DNA from: Octopus vulgaris
Lineage: Eukaryota
Direction of reading: 5' to 3'
Assembly: GCA_951406725.2 (NCBI GenBank)
Contig: OX597821.1
Location: 24,242,001-24,306,000 of the forward strand
DNA: 64,000 nucleotides
Below are positions 13,438-27,716 of this stretch, one piece after another. Within the stretch, counting starts at the first letter, position 1. Every line of letters begins with the position of its first letter. Under the pieces are notes generated by a model. That model had not been told where the DNA came from and did no database searches. It was given only the letters and a program-made list of their open reading frames with translations. The translations under genes and the position numbers were made by a program.

Positions 13438-13679
13438 ATTATTATTATTATTCTATTTTATCTTTTACTTGTTTCAGTCATTTGACTGCGGCCATACTGG
13501 GGCACCGCCTCGGAGAGTTTTAGTTGAACAAATCGACCCCGGGACTTATTATCTTAAGTCTAGTACCGCTAGGCTACAGGGACGTAAACACACCAACGCC
13601 GGTTGTCAATCGGTGGTCGGGGGGACAAACACAGACACAAAGACACACATATACTCACTCACACAAACACACATGCACG

Positions 13680-13723
<44 letters not shown>

Positions 13724-14320
13724 AACACACATACGATGGACTTCTTTCAGTTTCCGTCTACCAAATCAACTCACAGGGCTTTGGTCGGCCCAAGGCTATA
13801 GTAGAAGACAGTTGACCAAAGTGCCACGCAGTGGGACTGAAACCGGAACCATGTGGATGAGAAGGAAGCTTCTTAGCACACAGCCTTCTCTTTACTTGCT
13901 TCAGCCATCAGACTGCGGTCATGCTGGGCACCGCCTTCAAACTTTGATCGAATGAATCGTTCCCAATACTTATTTCATTTTAAAGCCTGATACGCATTTT
14001 ATCGTTCTCTTAGGCCGAACCGCTAGATTTCGGGGGATGTAATTTCACCAACACCAATTGTCAAGCAGTGGTGGGAGAATAAACACAAACACACCACAGA
14101 CACATACACAGACACACGCACACACCACAGACACACACACATACACACATACACACATACACACATACACACATATGACGGGCTTCTTTCCGTTTCCTTC
14201 ACAAGGCTTTGGTCGGCCCGAGATTATAGTAGAAGACACTTGCCCAAGGTGCCACGCTGGAGGACTTAGTCCGGAACCATGTGGTCGGGAAGCAAGCTTA
14301 CTATAAAGCCATACCTGCAC
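13150..14320. mobile_element. cluster of CORE-like SINE copies (one + half copy, two - copies) around a (TTA)n tract
   Basis: Direct similarity to 12180-12585. Confidence 0.8.
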
Positions 14321-14604
14321 TTACGCACACACACAGACACACATACCAGACACACGCACACACACACACACACTGCATTTTGTTATATGTTGTAGGCTTT
14401 TCTTACAAAATGTATAGGAATAGGTGAGAGTGTCAGAAAGATCGGAGGTTCTGCTTTTAAAAGTGTTACTTTTTCTGTAGGGTTATATTATAGGTTTGCA
14501 ATGCCTAAAAGTTTTATAAATTTTATGCTCTTCATGAATCTTCCAATGTTCCTATTCATGAAAGGAGTTTTGCTTTGCTAATCAAGATTCCGTAATTAAG
14601 TGTG

Positions 14605-14649
<45 letters not shown>

Positions 14650-14939
14650 CTTTGTGGCTATGTTTGTTTCCCCAACCACCGCTTGACAACTGGTTCGTAA
14701 GTTAAATTTTTATTTCTAATATATAGATTTACTCTTGATATGATATCTAATTTTATGTTAAATTGTTTTTCAGCTCCCGAATGATTGAAGACAGTGAGAC
14801 TTCTATTTTTGTTTCTGAATGTATGCGTACATTCGTTATAGCAGGCTTGAAATGGATTTCACGTTAGCCCTGTACGTTGATAAATTATGTTCTTAGAAAG
14901 CAGTAAGTAATTAACAACTATTACTGATAATACAGTTGT

Positions 14940-15430
14940 AGTTTCAATTCGTGGGATCAGTAAATGATTGATTGAGTTGGGACATATTAGACAATGCTAG
15001 CTGAATGTGAACATTTGATACTACCTTTGTTGAATATTTTGTAGTAACTGTAGAGTGTATGTTTCTGTGTAATTTAAAATAATTATTTGCTATTAGTGTT
15101 GTGACAACGATATTGAGGGGTTTACAGAAAGAGATGTTCCTTTTTTTCTTATTGTGAGTCTTGTGGGTTCTTTTCACTTCGTGTCAGAAGGTCGTTATTA
15201 TACGTAGTACAGTCTAAAGAATGTCTTCATTATTGGGATATTTGGAAGTCTGAGAGATGTATCTTTAACTAAACTGTAAATCATATTTCTAATGTTGGAT
15301 AGACTGTAGGTATATTTGAGGATTTCGTTTATATTTTTTTCTGTGTAGATAATATGAGCAATTATTTATATTTAAAGTAATATCTTTTAGTCTTATAGAC
15401 AGGCTTGATTGTAAACGTAAGAATGAAGTT
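14940..15430 (-). mobile_element. degenerate Penelope-like element fragment (RT thumb/linker region)
   Basis: Minus-strand peptide KKRNISFCKPL... resembles the PLE RNIIWFNPP linker. Heavily decayed. Confidence 0.4.
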
Positions 15431-15830
15431 ATTTTTAAGATGGTCTGTAAACCTACCAGTCTGATAGACTTAAAGAAGATTCTGAAAATAAATGCCTTCT
15501 TGCATTTGCAAACCAACACAGCGCTAAGATAAGGCCAGATCATAACACGAGCTTATTCTTAGATAAATATATGAATAACGAATAGAAGTATACCAGCTCA
15601 GTTTACTCTTTCACACACACACACACTCACACACACATGCACACACAAATTCCTATTTATTCATGGTGTACCCCTATATATACAACATATCTGCAGTCAA
15701 ATACTTGTAAATGTTCATCCATGTAAAATGCTTTAAACAAGGAAATCTTTCATGTAAATCAAACAATATTTAGTAATAGATACCCTAATAGATTATAGAT
15801 CAGGCCATTAGAACAATACAAGAACAACTT

Positions 15831-15974
15831 CAGCTACACATATACAACAGTGCCAACTAAAAACACACAGGCCACATATATTGTACGCTATTATAACCAA
15901 ATCCATGGTTATAATAGCGTACAATATATGTGGCCTGTGTGTTTTTAGTTGGCACTGTTGTATATGTGTAGCTG
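15831..15974. repeat. perfect 69-bp inverted repeat with 6-bp spacer
   Basis: 15831-15899 is the exact reverse complement of 15906-15974; spacer AATCCA. Confidence 0.95.
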
Positions 15975-16932
15975 GTTACAGAATGGATTAACAAGCCAAT
16001 AAAATCCCATAGAACACAACACAACACTCAAACCACAAACTCACAGTTAGAATTATATCACAACATCAGAATAATAAAAAAAATCTTCCTCATCACGAAA
16101 CCAAAAACCCAGAAGCCAGAGACTGTACAATTGACAACCAGTGTAAAATACATATTTCCGTGTAAACATGCAAATTATGCTATGACTCAATGTGTGACAT
16201 CAACCACACAAATACGACACTCTCTTATGCGCTGACCTTGCTTTTAGAATCTTTGCAATGTATTACATGAAATAAAAGGAGACAGCGAAACGTTAGTTGA
16301 CAACACTACAGTTTTAAATAGAATTTCTCAAAAATATAAGATAACAAAAATTGAGAAATATAATTACGGACGCTTAAACCAGATTATGAAAGCTTTAGAA
16401 AACACAAGCCAAATCACCCAGTAATCCCATGGCACTTTGCTACTTACAGCAGTGTACACAAGCAACACCTCATTATTACCATTACTTTATTCTGATAATA
16501 ATACAGAGAAAGTCTCAGATGTCAATGGACGGGTGGATTTAGGAACGCCATTGTTCTAATCTAAACGTAAAGGAACTAATAAAGAAAAAGGAAAATAAAA
16601 TTCTCAATAAAGAAGCTCAAATCCGAACACAGTCATGTCTTTGATAAAACACACTCACGCACGCACACACACACCTTCTCTCAAACCTACAGACTTGCAT
16701 AGTAGGCATAGTTGACATATAAACATGACAAATTTAACAATACACACACACATATATATATATGTTTGTATATTATTTCTACTTCCTGGTTAGCGTTTTA
16801 GTATTTATTTTGTTGAAAAGCCTAGTTATAAGTCAAATAGCATGTTAAAAATATACCCGAAATGTAGTATCAGCAAATGATTCAACTAGACAAAGAAATT
16901 TAAGCCTACGCATACAAACACACACACACACA

Positions 16933-17014
<82 letters not shown>

Positions 17015-17067
17015 TACATACATACATACATACATACATACATACATACATACATACATACATACAT

Positions 17068-17620
17068 GGTGGCTGCCCCCTCGTTATCGAGTATGGCCAT
17101 TGCACAAAGCTTAATCAATGTTGTTATCGTGCAATGCCTGTGCAAGAAGATTTTTTTTTAAAGTGAGTAAAGGCTGTGCACTGAGTCAATTCCACTCACT
17201 AAGCAACAGCAGCCATAATCCGAAAAGAAGAAAAAGTTAATATCATCGGTAACCACTGAGCCGCAGGTTTTATGTCGGAGTTATCCCAGTTACCTGAGTT
17301 ACCTTCTCCTAGAAGGATGCCCTAACAAAGGCTAGGAGTCCTTCACTCCCAGTGGTTTAACCGCGCGATCGGGTATTCAGTCCGATTATTTCTATGTCCC
17401 TGCGCATAATAAAGCCTTAAGGCATTTATTGGATGGCCATTGACTCTCAAGAGTTCCTCTGCCCTTTGACAGGTTTTGTTTTTCATCCCGCAGGGTGTCC
17501 AATAAACACCCTCCTCACCAAGCAAGCTTGGTGGGGTTGCCGGTTTAGTCGCCGACGACTCGACCATGCAGCAGGTTGTACCGGGTTACATGTTACCAGC
17601 AGTACTCGAAAGTGACCTGA
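17068..17620 (-). mobile_element. ~550-bp non-autonomous RTE-derived retroelement (5' UTR fused to 3' end) in a (CATA)n tract
   Basis: RTE-type 5' UTR motifs (GGCGACTAAACCGGCAACCCCACC; plus-strand GTTACCTTCTCCTAGAAGGATG..CAAAGGCTA). 3' end ATGGCCATACTCGATAACGAGGGGGCAGCCACC followed by (ATGT)n. No ORF. Confidence 0.6.
17540..17617 (-). ncRNA. HDV-like ribozyme fold at the 5' end of the RTE derivative (partly degenerate)
   Basis: P1 GGTCA/TGGTC, P2 CCGGT/ACCGG, P3/L3 ACA-ACCTGC-TGC, P4 GTCG-TCGG-CGAC, J4/2 CTAA directly before P2'. Confidence 0.5.
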
Positions 17621-18959
17621 CATACATACATATAAACATACATACATACATACATGCATACATACATACACAGAAGATAGACAGACACTCGGTTTGAACA
17701 AACACATGCTTGGTGTGGAAAACTATTCAATGAATGTGCAGAGAATAGCATTTTCAGTATGAAAATCACAATCTTTAGCTACGTTAAAGAACACGACAAG
17801 AAAAGGTGAAAAGTTTTTTAGAGTTTTATTTTTTAAGAATCCTCAAAAATCGTTTTAAAAAATTGCTTAAATGATAAAGAAAACATTTTAAAAGCTTACA
17901 ACCAGAATCATAGAAAAAAAAAAAAGACTATAAAATGTTTCCCAGAGTTATGAAATCACCAAAAACTTACATAATTACTATAACGTTGTACAAATAGCGT
18001 CTCTTGGATAATAGTATGGTTTCTAATTTAGGCACAAGGCCATCAGTTTTTAGGGAAGGGTTTAGTCGATGCCATCGACTCCACTACTTGACTGGTACTT
18101 TATTTTACCGACTGTACAGGATGAAAGGAAAAGTTGACGCCCTGGCAGGATTTCAACTTGGAATATAAAGAACCGGAATAAATACTGTAATGCATTTTCC
18201 CCGATACTGCAACGATTCGGCTCATAGACCTAGCTAGAATAATAAAATGAGAATATACTGAGATGGTATTTACCGTAATCTGAATTATTTCGCGACAAAA
18301 CAGCTAGGCCAACCAGGAATTCTCGTTGACTGCAAGAGAAGTGTTGATTGTAAATTTATTCCCCAATAAATACACAATAAATACACAAAAAAATAAACGA
18401 CTGTAATCGAAAATGGTTTGGAGAACATATCAATACATGTCGACACGAAGTGTGACAACAGACCTGAGAATTCAACTGCTACAAGGTTGACCGTTTATAT
18501 GTTTGTCAATGAGTTTTGCAGTGACAATGTTTGTCAGTGTATTACAAGCGAGGAGTGGGAAGAGAAGAAATCATTAAATTGTAGTCTTAATTAAATGTTC
18601 TAATGAAATGTTCTAGATTATTTCGGTTTTGAAACTCTCACAACGTGACTGATCATATTTATCTATTATTTATAAGAGACTCGTGAATTCATGTTGACAG
18701 TAAATAATGATTAAGGTGGAAAATATTTACATCACATTAAAATCCCTTAGTCTTGTTTATACACGCCCTCTACAAACTCCTTGACACTAACCGGAACATA
18801 TTAAACAATGAAACAAAGGAAAAACAAAACAAAATAAAGAATGCCATTGGGGTTTTCGAAAATGGAAAGCGATCGTTGATTTGCTGAAGACTCCTAATTA
18901 TTCTGTGGTATTTATGGCAAGTCAACATATAATAACACGTTTCACAAAAACTGTCTTAG

Positions 18960-19069
<110 letters not shown>

Positions 19070-19154
19070 AAGAACAACAACAACAACAACAACGACGACG
19101 ACGACGACGATGATGATGATGATAATAATAATAATAATATTTCGAAATGCTAAT

Positions 19155-19983
19155 GTAGATCAAGCAACAACCCTCAGTGGCTGAGAAGTTCAGTACTGAA
19201 AGCAGAGAATGAAAGTTCCATATTGGCGGCACAAGATCAAAGCTTCCTCACAAAAAATCTAGCAGGCTAACGTTCTTCAAAACGGTTCTGACCCTAAATG
19301 CAGATTCTGCGATACATTTGACGAAACAATAGACCATTTCGTCTCGGGATGTCCTGTGCTGACACCAAACGAATACAAGAATCGCCACGATAAGGTAGGA
19401 CAGTATTTACACTGGAAAAATATAAACTCTACAAAATCAGCACTCCTGATTACTGGTATGAACATCATCCTGAACCAGTCGTTGAAGGTGAAAATGTCAC
19501 TATCCTTTGGGATTTTCCAGTCAACACTGACAGAACGATCCAGGGTAATCGACGAGATGTAATTATTAAAGATAGGGAAGAGAATACTTGTAAACTAACA
19601 GATGTAAGTTTTCCTACAGATACAAATATATCTGTCAAGAAATTTGACAAACTAAATAAATATAAGGACCTGGAAATTGAAATATTAAAGATGTAACATC
19701 TTAAAACGAGAACTATTCCTGTTATTGTAGATGTCCTAGGTATGATAAAAAAGGGATGTCAGAAACATATAGATAAAATGCCAGGAGAACCATGTCTCAG
19801 AGAAATCCAAAAGCTTGTACTGAGAAGCACTGCCCCCATCCTTAGAAAAACAATTTAAATGTCTGTGTTGTATTTCGTCAATATATTTCGCTACTTCCCC
19901 TCCTCAAGCTTTCAGTCATAATGTAACATCTCTTATTCTTCACTCGCCCAAGGACACTGCGTGTTTCTCGACAAATAACTGTA

Positions 19984-19985
<2 letters not shown>
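19155..19985 (+). mobile_element. R4/Dong-like (RLE) non-LTR retrotransposon 3' fragment followed by (TAA)n
   Basis: CCHC knuckle CRFCDTFDETIDHFVSGC, RHDKV, degenerate RLE PD-(D/E)xK region, KLNKYKDLEIE. Confidence 0.85.
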
Positions 19986-20056
<71 letters not shown>

Positions 20057-21409
20057 TTGCATTGAGGCCATTAACACCCTGGCACTTCCTGTAGTCCAGT
20101 ACAGTTTTAACATCATTAACTGGAACCTTACGGAACGCCAACGCTTGGACAGGAAGACAAGAAAATTACTGACATCCAAGAACATGCACCACCCTAAGGC
20201 AGATGTAGACCGCCTTTACCTACTTAGAAGCAGCGGGGGGGGGATGATGCAATTAGAGCTGTGCTATAAGACCTCCACTGTAGGAATGAACAGGTACCTA
20301 TCTAGTACAAAGGACTGGATGCTGCGACTTGTGTGCGAACACGAAAGCAGCAAAAAGCTGCATTCTATTGTCAAAAAAGCTTATAAGTTCGAAAGGGAAC
20401 TAGACATTAACCTTGAATCAGATGAAGAGCCGGAAACCACTGCTACCAAGCAAGCAAAGCGAATCAAGCAGACTGCAAAAAAGAACGGGCAGAATCAAAT
20501 TGAGAGGCGGTGGAGCCAGAAGCCCATGCATGGACAATATATTCTCCAAAGCCAAAATGCTGATGTAGACCAAGCAACAACACATCAGTGGCTGAAGAGT
20601 TCAGGATTGAAAACAGAGACTGAAGGCTTCATACTGGCAGCACAAGATCAAAGCTTGTTTACCAGAAATTACCAGGCTAACGTTCTCCGAAATAGTACTG
20701 ACCCTAAATGCAGATTCTGCGACACATTTGACCAAACAATAGACCATCTCGTTTCGGGATGTCCTGTGCTGACACCAAACGAATACAAACGATAAGGTAG
20801 GACAGTATATACACTGGAAGATATGCAAACACTACAAATTCGGCACTCCTGCTAACTGGTATGAACACCATCCTCAGCCAGTTGTTGAAGGTAAAAATGT
20901 CTCCATCCTCTGGGATTTTCCAGTCAACACTGACAGAACGATCAAGGCTAATCGACCAGACATAATTGTTAAAGACACGGAAGAAAATACCTGCAGACTA
21001 ATAGAGATAAGCGTTCAACACTGATAAAATATATATCTGTAAAGGAATTTGACAAACTTAGTAAATATAAGGACCTGGAAATCGAAATACAAAAGATGTG
21101 GAATCTAAAAACAAAAACTGTTATTGTAGGTGCCCTAGGTATGATAAAAAAGGGATGTCAGAAACACCTAGACAATATCCCTGGAGAACCATCTCTCAAA
21201 GAAATCCAAAAGTACTGCCTACATCCTTAGAAAAACCCTATCAATGTAAATGTTTGTGTTGTATTACATGGAGATATTTCTCTACTTCCCCTCCCCAAGC
21301 TTTCAGCTATATTTCAACAACTCTTAACCTTCACTTGCCCTAGGGCGCTGGGTGTGCCCCGGCAAGTGATTGCATCAAACATGCAGATTAAAAGTTAAAA
21401 GTAAATGAC

Positions 21410-21410
<1 letters not shown>
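20057..21410 (+). mobile_element. R4/Dong-like (RLE) non-LTR retrotransposon 3' fragment followed by (TAA)n
   Basis: ORF 20145-20795: HHPKADVDRLYL..GGG, ETEGFILAAQDQSL, CRFC..HLVSGC. Downstream NRPDIIVKD and KLSKYKDLEIE (RLE). Confidence 0.9.
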
Positions 21411-21474
<64 letters not shown>

Positions 21475-21476
<2 letters not shown>

Positions 21477-22021
21477 GCCCTGATGCAGTACCAGGCAGTG
21501 GCTCTCATGGCTTCTGATCTTAACTGATTGGAAGTGTTATCATGTACATTGTTTTGTCTTGGTATAAAAGATGGGCTACAGCAAATATTCTGCTCAATAC
21601 CACAGATTTGTTTGTCAGTTGTTTGACCTAACCAGTTGAGCATGTCCCTTAGTGGCTGACGATATGTGCATCTCTGATCACGAGCAGAAGTAGTGGGGGA
21701 GCATCATAGCCATGTGTTGAGAGGGATTCTTTGGGGTTTGAATAGTTCACCTCTGGAAACATGGGTTCAACATCCTTAAACAACCCTTATTCAGGGACCG
21801 TTTGAGCGGGATGGGCTACTCAACCTGAAGAAAATTCTAACTGGGCCCCACCTGCAAGGTCATGTGCTGTTTATCTTGATATGAGATCACCATGTCGCGC
21901 ACATATGTTTGTGATGCATGTGCTGGTGTACCCTTATCAGACGGGTAGTCATGATGGGTATATTGGGCTTCGTATATTTTACCCCAGTGTCACTTTGATG
22001 GCATGCACTGCTCTCTCACTC
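21475..22021 (+). mobile_element. ~550-bp non-coding retroposed element embedded in (AAT)n
   Basis: 5'-truncated copies at 22124-22587 and 23373-23890 and tips at 8002/8149. All end ...GCACTG(C/T)TCTCTCACTC(AAT)n. Confidence 0.8.
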
Positions 22022-22025
22022 AATG

Positions 22026-22123
<98 letters not shown>

Positions 22124-22587
22124 CGTGGTATAAAAGATGGGCTACAGCAAATATTCTGCTCAATACCACAGATTTACTTGTCAGTTGTTTGACCATAACC
22201 AGTTGGGCATGTCCCTTAGTGGTTGACGATATGTGCATCTCTGATCACGAGCAGAAGTAGTGGGGGAGCATCATAGCCATGTGTTGAGAGGGATTATTTG
22301 GGGTTTGAATAATTCACCTCTGGAAACATGGGTGTTTCGTTCAACAACCTTAAACAACCCTTATTCAGGGACCTTTTGAGTGGGATGCGTTAATCGATCA
22401 GATGAAGATTCTAATTGGGCCCTACCTGCAAGGTCATGTGCTGTTTATCTTGATATGAGATCACCATGTCGCGCACATATGGTTGTGATGCATGTGCCTA
22501 GTGTACCCTTATCAGACAGGTAGTCATGATGGGCTTCGTATATTTTACCCCAGTGTCACATTGATGGCATGCACTGTTCTCTCACTC
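22124..22587 (+). mobile_element. second, 5'-truncated copy of the (AAT)n-associated element
   Basis: Near-identical to 21560-22021. Confidence 0.85.
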
Positions 22588-22643
<56 letters not shown>

Positions 22644-22927
22644 TAATAATAATAATGGACTCTCTCGTCGAAGACGACGTATGAGCATTCAGCTTTTGTC
22701 GAACGATATGCACAAAAGATTTGCTTAAAGTGATCAATTGTTCGTTTTTGCACGTTAGCTCACTCTCTCCATCAATCAACGTTGCCTGAATAGGTGCACG
22801 GTGTACCACGCGTCAGGTGTCAAAGTGATGACAGAGAAATGTGAAATGAATTGTTTTGCTCAAGCACACAACGCTCCACGCGGTCTAGGAGTTGAAATCA
22901 CGATCGCTAGATCATAAATAAAACCCT

Positions 22928-22981
<54 letters not shown>

Positions 22982-23009
22982 ATAATAATAATAATAATAA
23001 TAATAATAG

Positions 23010-23372
23010 TGGCTTCAAATTCTGCCAGAAGGGCAACAATTTTGCGGGAGGGATATAGACGATTACATCGATCCCAGTATTCAACTGGTACTTATTTTAT
23101 CAACTCCGAAAAGCTGAAAGGTAAAGTCGACCTTGGCGGAATTTGAACTAAGAACGGAGCGACGGGTGAAATACCTATTTCTTTACTACCCACAAGGGGC
23201 TAAACACAGAGGGGACAGACAAACGGATTAAGACGATTACATCGACCCCAGTGCGTAACTGGTACTTAATTTATCGACCCCGAAAGGATGAAAGGCAAAG
23301 TCGACCTCGGCGGAATTTGAACTCAGAACGTAACGGCAGACGAAATACGGCTACGCATTTCGCCCGGCGTGC
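23010..23372 (-). mobile_element. tRNA-derived Meta-domain-like SINE (GGCGGCGAGCTGGCAGAA group), dimeric
   Basis: Contains GCCTTTCATCCTTTCGGGGTCGATAAATTAAGTACCAG (minus), resembling the MetaSINE central domain. Confidence 0.8.
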
Positions 23373-23890
23373 GAGTGGCTCTCATGGCCCCTGATCTTAA
23401 CTTATTGGAATTGTTATCATGTACATTGTATTGTCTTGGTATAAAAGATGGGCTACAGCATCTATTCTGCTCAATACCACAGATTTGCTTATCAGTTGTT
23501 TGACGTTAACCAGTTGACCATGTCCCTTAGTGGCTGACGATATGTGCATCTCTGATCACGAGCAGAAGTAGTGGGGGAGCATCATAGCCGTATGTTGAAA
23601 AGAATTATTGGAGGTTTGGATCATTCACCTTTGGAAACATGGGCGTTTCGTTCAACATCTTTAAACAATCCTTATTCAGGGACCCTTTTGACCAGAAGAA
23701 AATTCTAACTGGGCCTCACCTGCAAGGTCATGCGCTGTTTATCTTGATATGAGATCACCATGTCGCGCACATATGGTTGTGATGCATGTGCCTGGTGTAC
23801 CCTTATCAGACGGGTAGTCATGATGGGTATACTGGGCTTCGTATATTTTACCCCAGTGTCACTTTGATGGCATGCACTGCTCTCTCACTC
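23373..23890 (+). mobile_element. third copy of the (AAT)n-associated element
   Basis: Similar to 21495-22021, followed by (AAT)n. Confidence 0.85.
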
Positions 23891-25009
23891 AATAATAATA
23901 ATAATGGAAACTTTTGGAAAGATTGTCTCAGACTATATAATATTGTACGCGTCATTCTTTCAGCCTTTTTTAGGCCCTTTTAAAATTAAAAACTACAAAA
24001 GCAGCATTTTTTAACTCTAAAGCAAAAAAAGGAAAAACAAAAATAATAGTTTTTGGGTTCTAAAGCCCCCCACCCCAGGCTAAAAAAGCTGATTTTATAG
24101 TTTTGGTACTTTTTAACCCTTTTGTTTTTAAACCGGTTAAAACCCGTTGTATCTAATTCTTCTACGAACTCTTTTAAAAATTAAACAAATCACGTTTGTG
24201 AATTCTCGTAGCTTCGAGATAATGTGAAAGCTTTTCCTCCAGAAAGACAGAATTGGCTTTTCTTCCAGAAAGCACAGAACTGGGAGAGGAAAACAAAATT
24301 AACTGAGGTGGATATCAACAGAGAAAATATTGACTTCCATAAAGTGGAAAAATAAATGGAAGGAAAAAAGTTGGTAAATATTTCAGTGTGAACGCAAAAG
24401 GCTGTTACATGGTAGCTGGGTATGCTAGAAATAGCAGCCAGATATTTCCTTTTCTGGAAAAAGGAGCCGTTTACGCATGATTTCGATGTCACATTCGTTG
24501 AAAGCATGCAAAATAACCTGAAAAAGAAAAAAAAACCGCAAAACAAAACTCCGTTGGTGGGAAGCTTCGAGGTTCCCATCACCCACCCACCTTTCTTCCC
24601 CGGAAAAAATGGCTTGCGGCTGGTTTGGAGGTCAGGTACACTGAATGCACCCGAAAAAACTGTGGAAAAAATTATTCCACACCGAGGTACGAAATATTTA
24701 CCAAAAGAATAAAATCTTATGCCGATTATACCTGTATTTTAATTAATTCAAATTAATGTACTTCATATTGAAAAGTGGCAAAATTTTTGTCGGTTGCCAT
24801 CTGGGATAATTTTAGTAGCAAATCAAATAGGTAAGATGCATTAAAAATTTGAATTTTAGTATCTATTCATAATGTTATTGCTTTTACACCTGTTAATTAA
24901 ATTTACCTGCCCATAAAAGTCAAATTTACTCAGTAAGATCGGCTAAAATTACATAACTATAAACCAGTGGTATATAGAACACCCACTGACAAAATTTCAA
25001 TTCCGTATT

Positions 25010-25367
25010 CTTTTATTTTATTTTATTTGTTTCAGTCAGTTGACTGCGGCCATGCTGGAGCACCGCCTTTAGTCGAACAAATCGACCCCAAAACTTATTC
25101 TTTGTAAGCCTAGTACCTATTCTATCGGTCTCTTTGCTGAACCGCTAAGTTACGGGGACGTAAACACACCAGCATCTGTTGTCAAGCGATGTTGGGGGAC
25201 AAACACAGACACACAAACACACATATATACGACGGGCTTCTTTCAGTTTCCGTCTACCAAATCCACTCACAAGGCTTTTGTCAGCCCGAGACTATAGTAG
25301 AAGACATTTGCCCACGCGGTGGGACTGAACCCGGAACCATGTGGTTGGTAAGCAAGCTACTTACCAT
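25010..25367 (-). mobile_element. CORE-like SINE copy
   Basis: Reverse-complement similarity to 12180-12585. Confidence 0.85.
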
Positions 25368-26265
25368 GTAAAAATTTACAAAGTTACAAGCAAATATTGT
25401 GGACACTCCTCCTGAACCTGAATAATTCAAAATAATGTGAACAAATAAGCATTAAATTTGACCGATTAATAGGAACACTAAAGATGTTTTTAGGTGTTTT
25501 TTCTCACACATACATAACATGGCCTTGCTCGGTTGGGACTACTCGTGTGTTTCTTTGACATCATCATTCCATAAAAATTTGTTTATGGGGAGAAAAATAT
25601 TGAAAAATATCAATAGATGTGTGAGTGAGAAAGAAACGAGGAGGGAGGTTTTGGGATGTGCTGGAAAAAGCAACCAGATCTCCCTTAAATCACACACTTT
25701 CCTCTGAAATTATTAATAATTTTTTAAAAACCGAAAATGCTTCTCTCACGGGTTTTAAATGCATAATGAAAAATGCTCCAAATCGTTTCGGATTGGGGTG
25801 GTGATGGGGTGGCGGGAGTGAAAAAATAAAAATATTCTTTTTCTTTTTTTTTCCGTGAAAAGATGCCGGAAAATATCCCCGTCAAAACGGAGAAATTCCA
25901 ACTTATGTGGGCTGTCAGTTCAAAAACTCCGTTTTCCAGAAACTCTTCCCCGTGCCTCCTTCTATAAATTTGGCCTACAAATTTCTTTGTAATCGTAATC
26001 TACACCATTTGAAAAGTATTTGTATAAAGTTTCATTTAAAAATTCCTATTTTCCAGAAAGTCATGAGGGGGAAAATGTTAGGTCGTGTGAATTTTCCAAA
26101 ACTCCTCTCCCCAAACCCTCAGGAAATTTTTTTCCAACAAATCTCTACATACACTCAGTCTGAAAGATTATTTAATGAAATTTTACTGGAAGTTATGAGG
26201 CAACAAAGTCGGTGGGGTATTAAACCGTAGTTATGTATTTTTTCAATATAATTTTATGTTAACTG

Positions 26266-27716
26266 AGAAACGAAGGAATTGGAGCCGCCTTAGAGGTCTG
26301 AGTGGCGGAGGTGCAACGAGACAACAAAGCTACCATTAGGTCTCTGACAGATGAACAAGGGCGCGAATTACACGAGCCCGAAAGGATGTGTGAGACCTTT
26401 CAGCAGCACTTTGCTCGAATGTTCGGTACAACTGGTGGGTCAGAACGCAGCGTGGACTTCAGTGCATACCTGCATGGCCTGCCAAGACACTCGGCAAGAG
26501 AGGCGGAGTGTTGTGAAAGACCCATCACAGCCACGGACGTACGGGATGCGATAGCAGGCTGTACAGGAGACAAGTCGCCAGGCTTGGATGGTTTGCCCTA
26601 CGAGCTTTATTGTCATATGCCAGACTTGTTTGGAGGTATCTTGGCAGCAGTCTACTGAAACTGCCAGGAAAACGGGAACATCCCCAGTTTTGTGAGTCAA
26701 GGAGCGGTAGCACTGCTAAAGAACGTCACAAATAACTTCATAGGGGAACTTCATAGATAACTTCAGGTCCATCACTTTGCTCAACGCAGATTTGAAGATT
26801 TTGGCCCAGGTGCTAGCCGAGAGGTTGGCGCTTGTCATCGAGAAACTGGTCGACAAGGCGCAAACATGCACCGTACCGGGCAGGAGTATCCCTGACAACC
26901 TCCATCTGATGCGTTACATCAATGACAGGGTAGTTAAGAAACAAGCATGAGTGGGGCGCTGATCAATTTGGATCAATCGAAAGCTTCTGATAGGGTTGAC
27001 CATCGCTACTTTGAGGCTGTTCTCATAGCGGCCGGTTTCGGTCCCGTATTCCGCGGTTGGATCGCTGCTTTATACAGCAGCATCGACTCCGTAGTTCACA
27101 TAAGTGGTCATCTATCCAAGGATGCACCCTCTCGTCGCTTCTGTATGTGTTGACTCTAGAGCCACTATTGCGGAAGCTGGCGACGGTAAGGGGCATTCTG
27201 CGAGAACTGGGATGCGGAAGGGACGTGTCTGCATACGCGGACGACGTCACCGTCATACTGTCGAGCTACAGGCATATCAACCTGATCGATGAGACACTAA
27301 AAGGATACGAAGCGGTAACAGGAGCGAAAATTAACTCGGAAAAGTCAGTGGGCTTGCGGCTCGGCACCTGGAGAGGCAGGCACATGCCGTCCAACAGCTT
27401 CTCTATTGTGGGACACTGGATCGACGGACCGGTTAAACTGCTCAGGGTCTGGTCAAAACCGAACCTCCAAATGGAGAAGAAACTGGGACGAGATAACGAG
27501 TAGGGTGGCCACTCTCACCCAGCAATGGGCCGAGAGAAAGCTATCCCTAAAAGGTCGGACGGAGGTGGCGAACACGTACATCGCATCCGTCATCTATTAC
27601 AGCCTGACCGTCGTGCCTTGTCCCGACCCTACCATCACCAAACTGGAACGCATAATCTGCTTTTTGTGGAAGGGAAGCGTTCCGATGGTTAGGCGATCTA
27701 TTTGCTGTCAACAGCT
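26266..27716 (+). mobile_element. L1/Tx1-like LINE ORF2 (RT) fragment, decayed
   Basis: KSPGLDGLPYE, NFRSITLLNADLKIL, LDQSKASDRV, QGCTLSSLLYVLTLEP, SAYADDV, GAKINSEKS, LSLKGRTEVAN. Confidence 0.9.
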
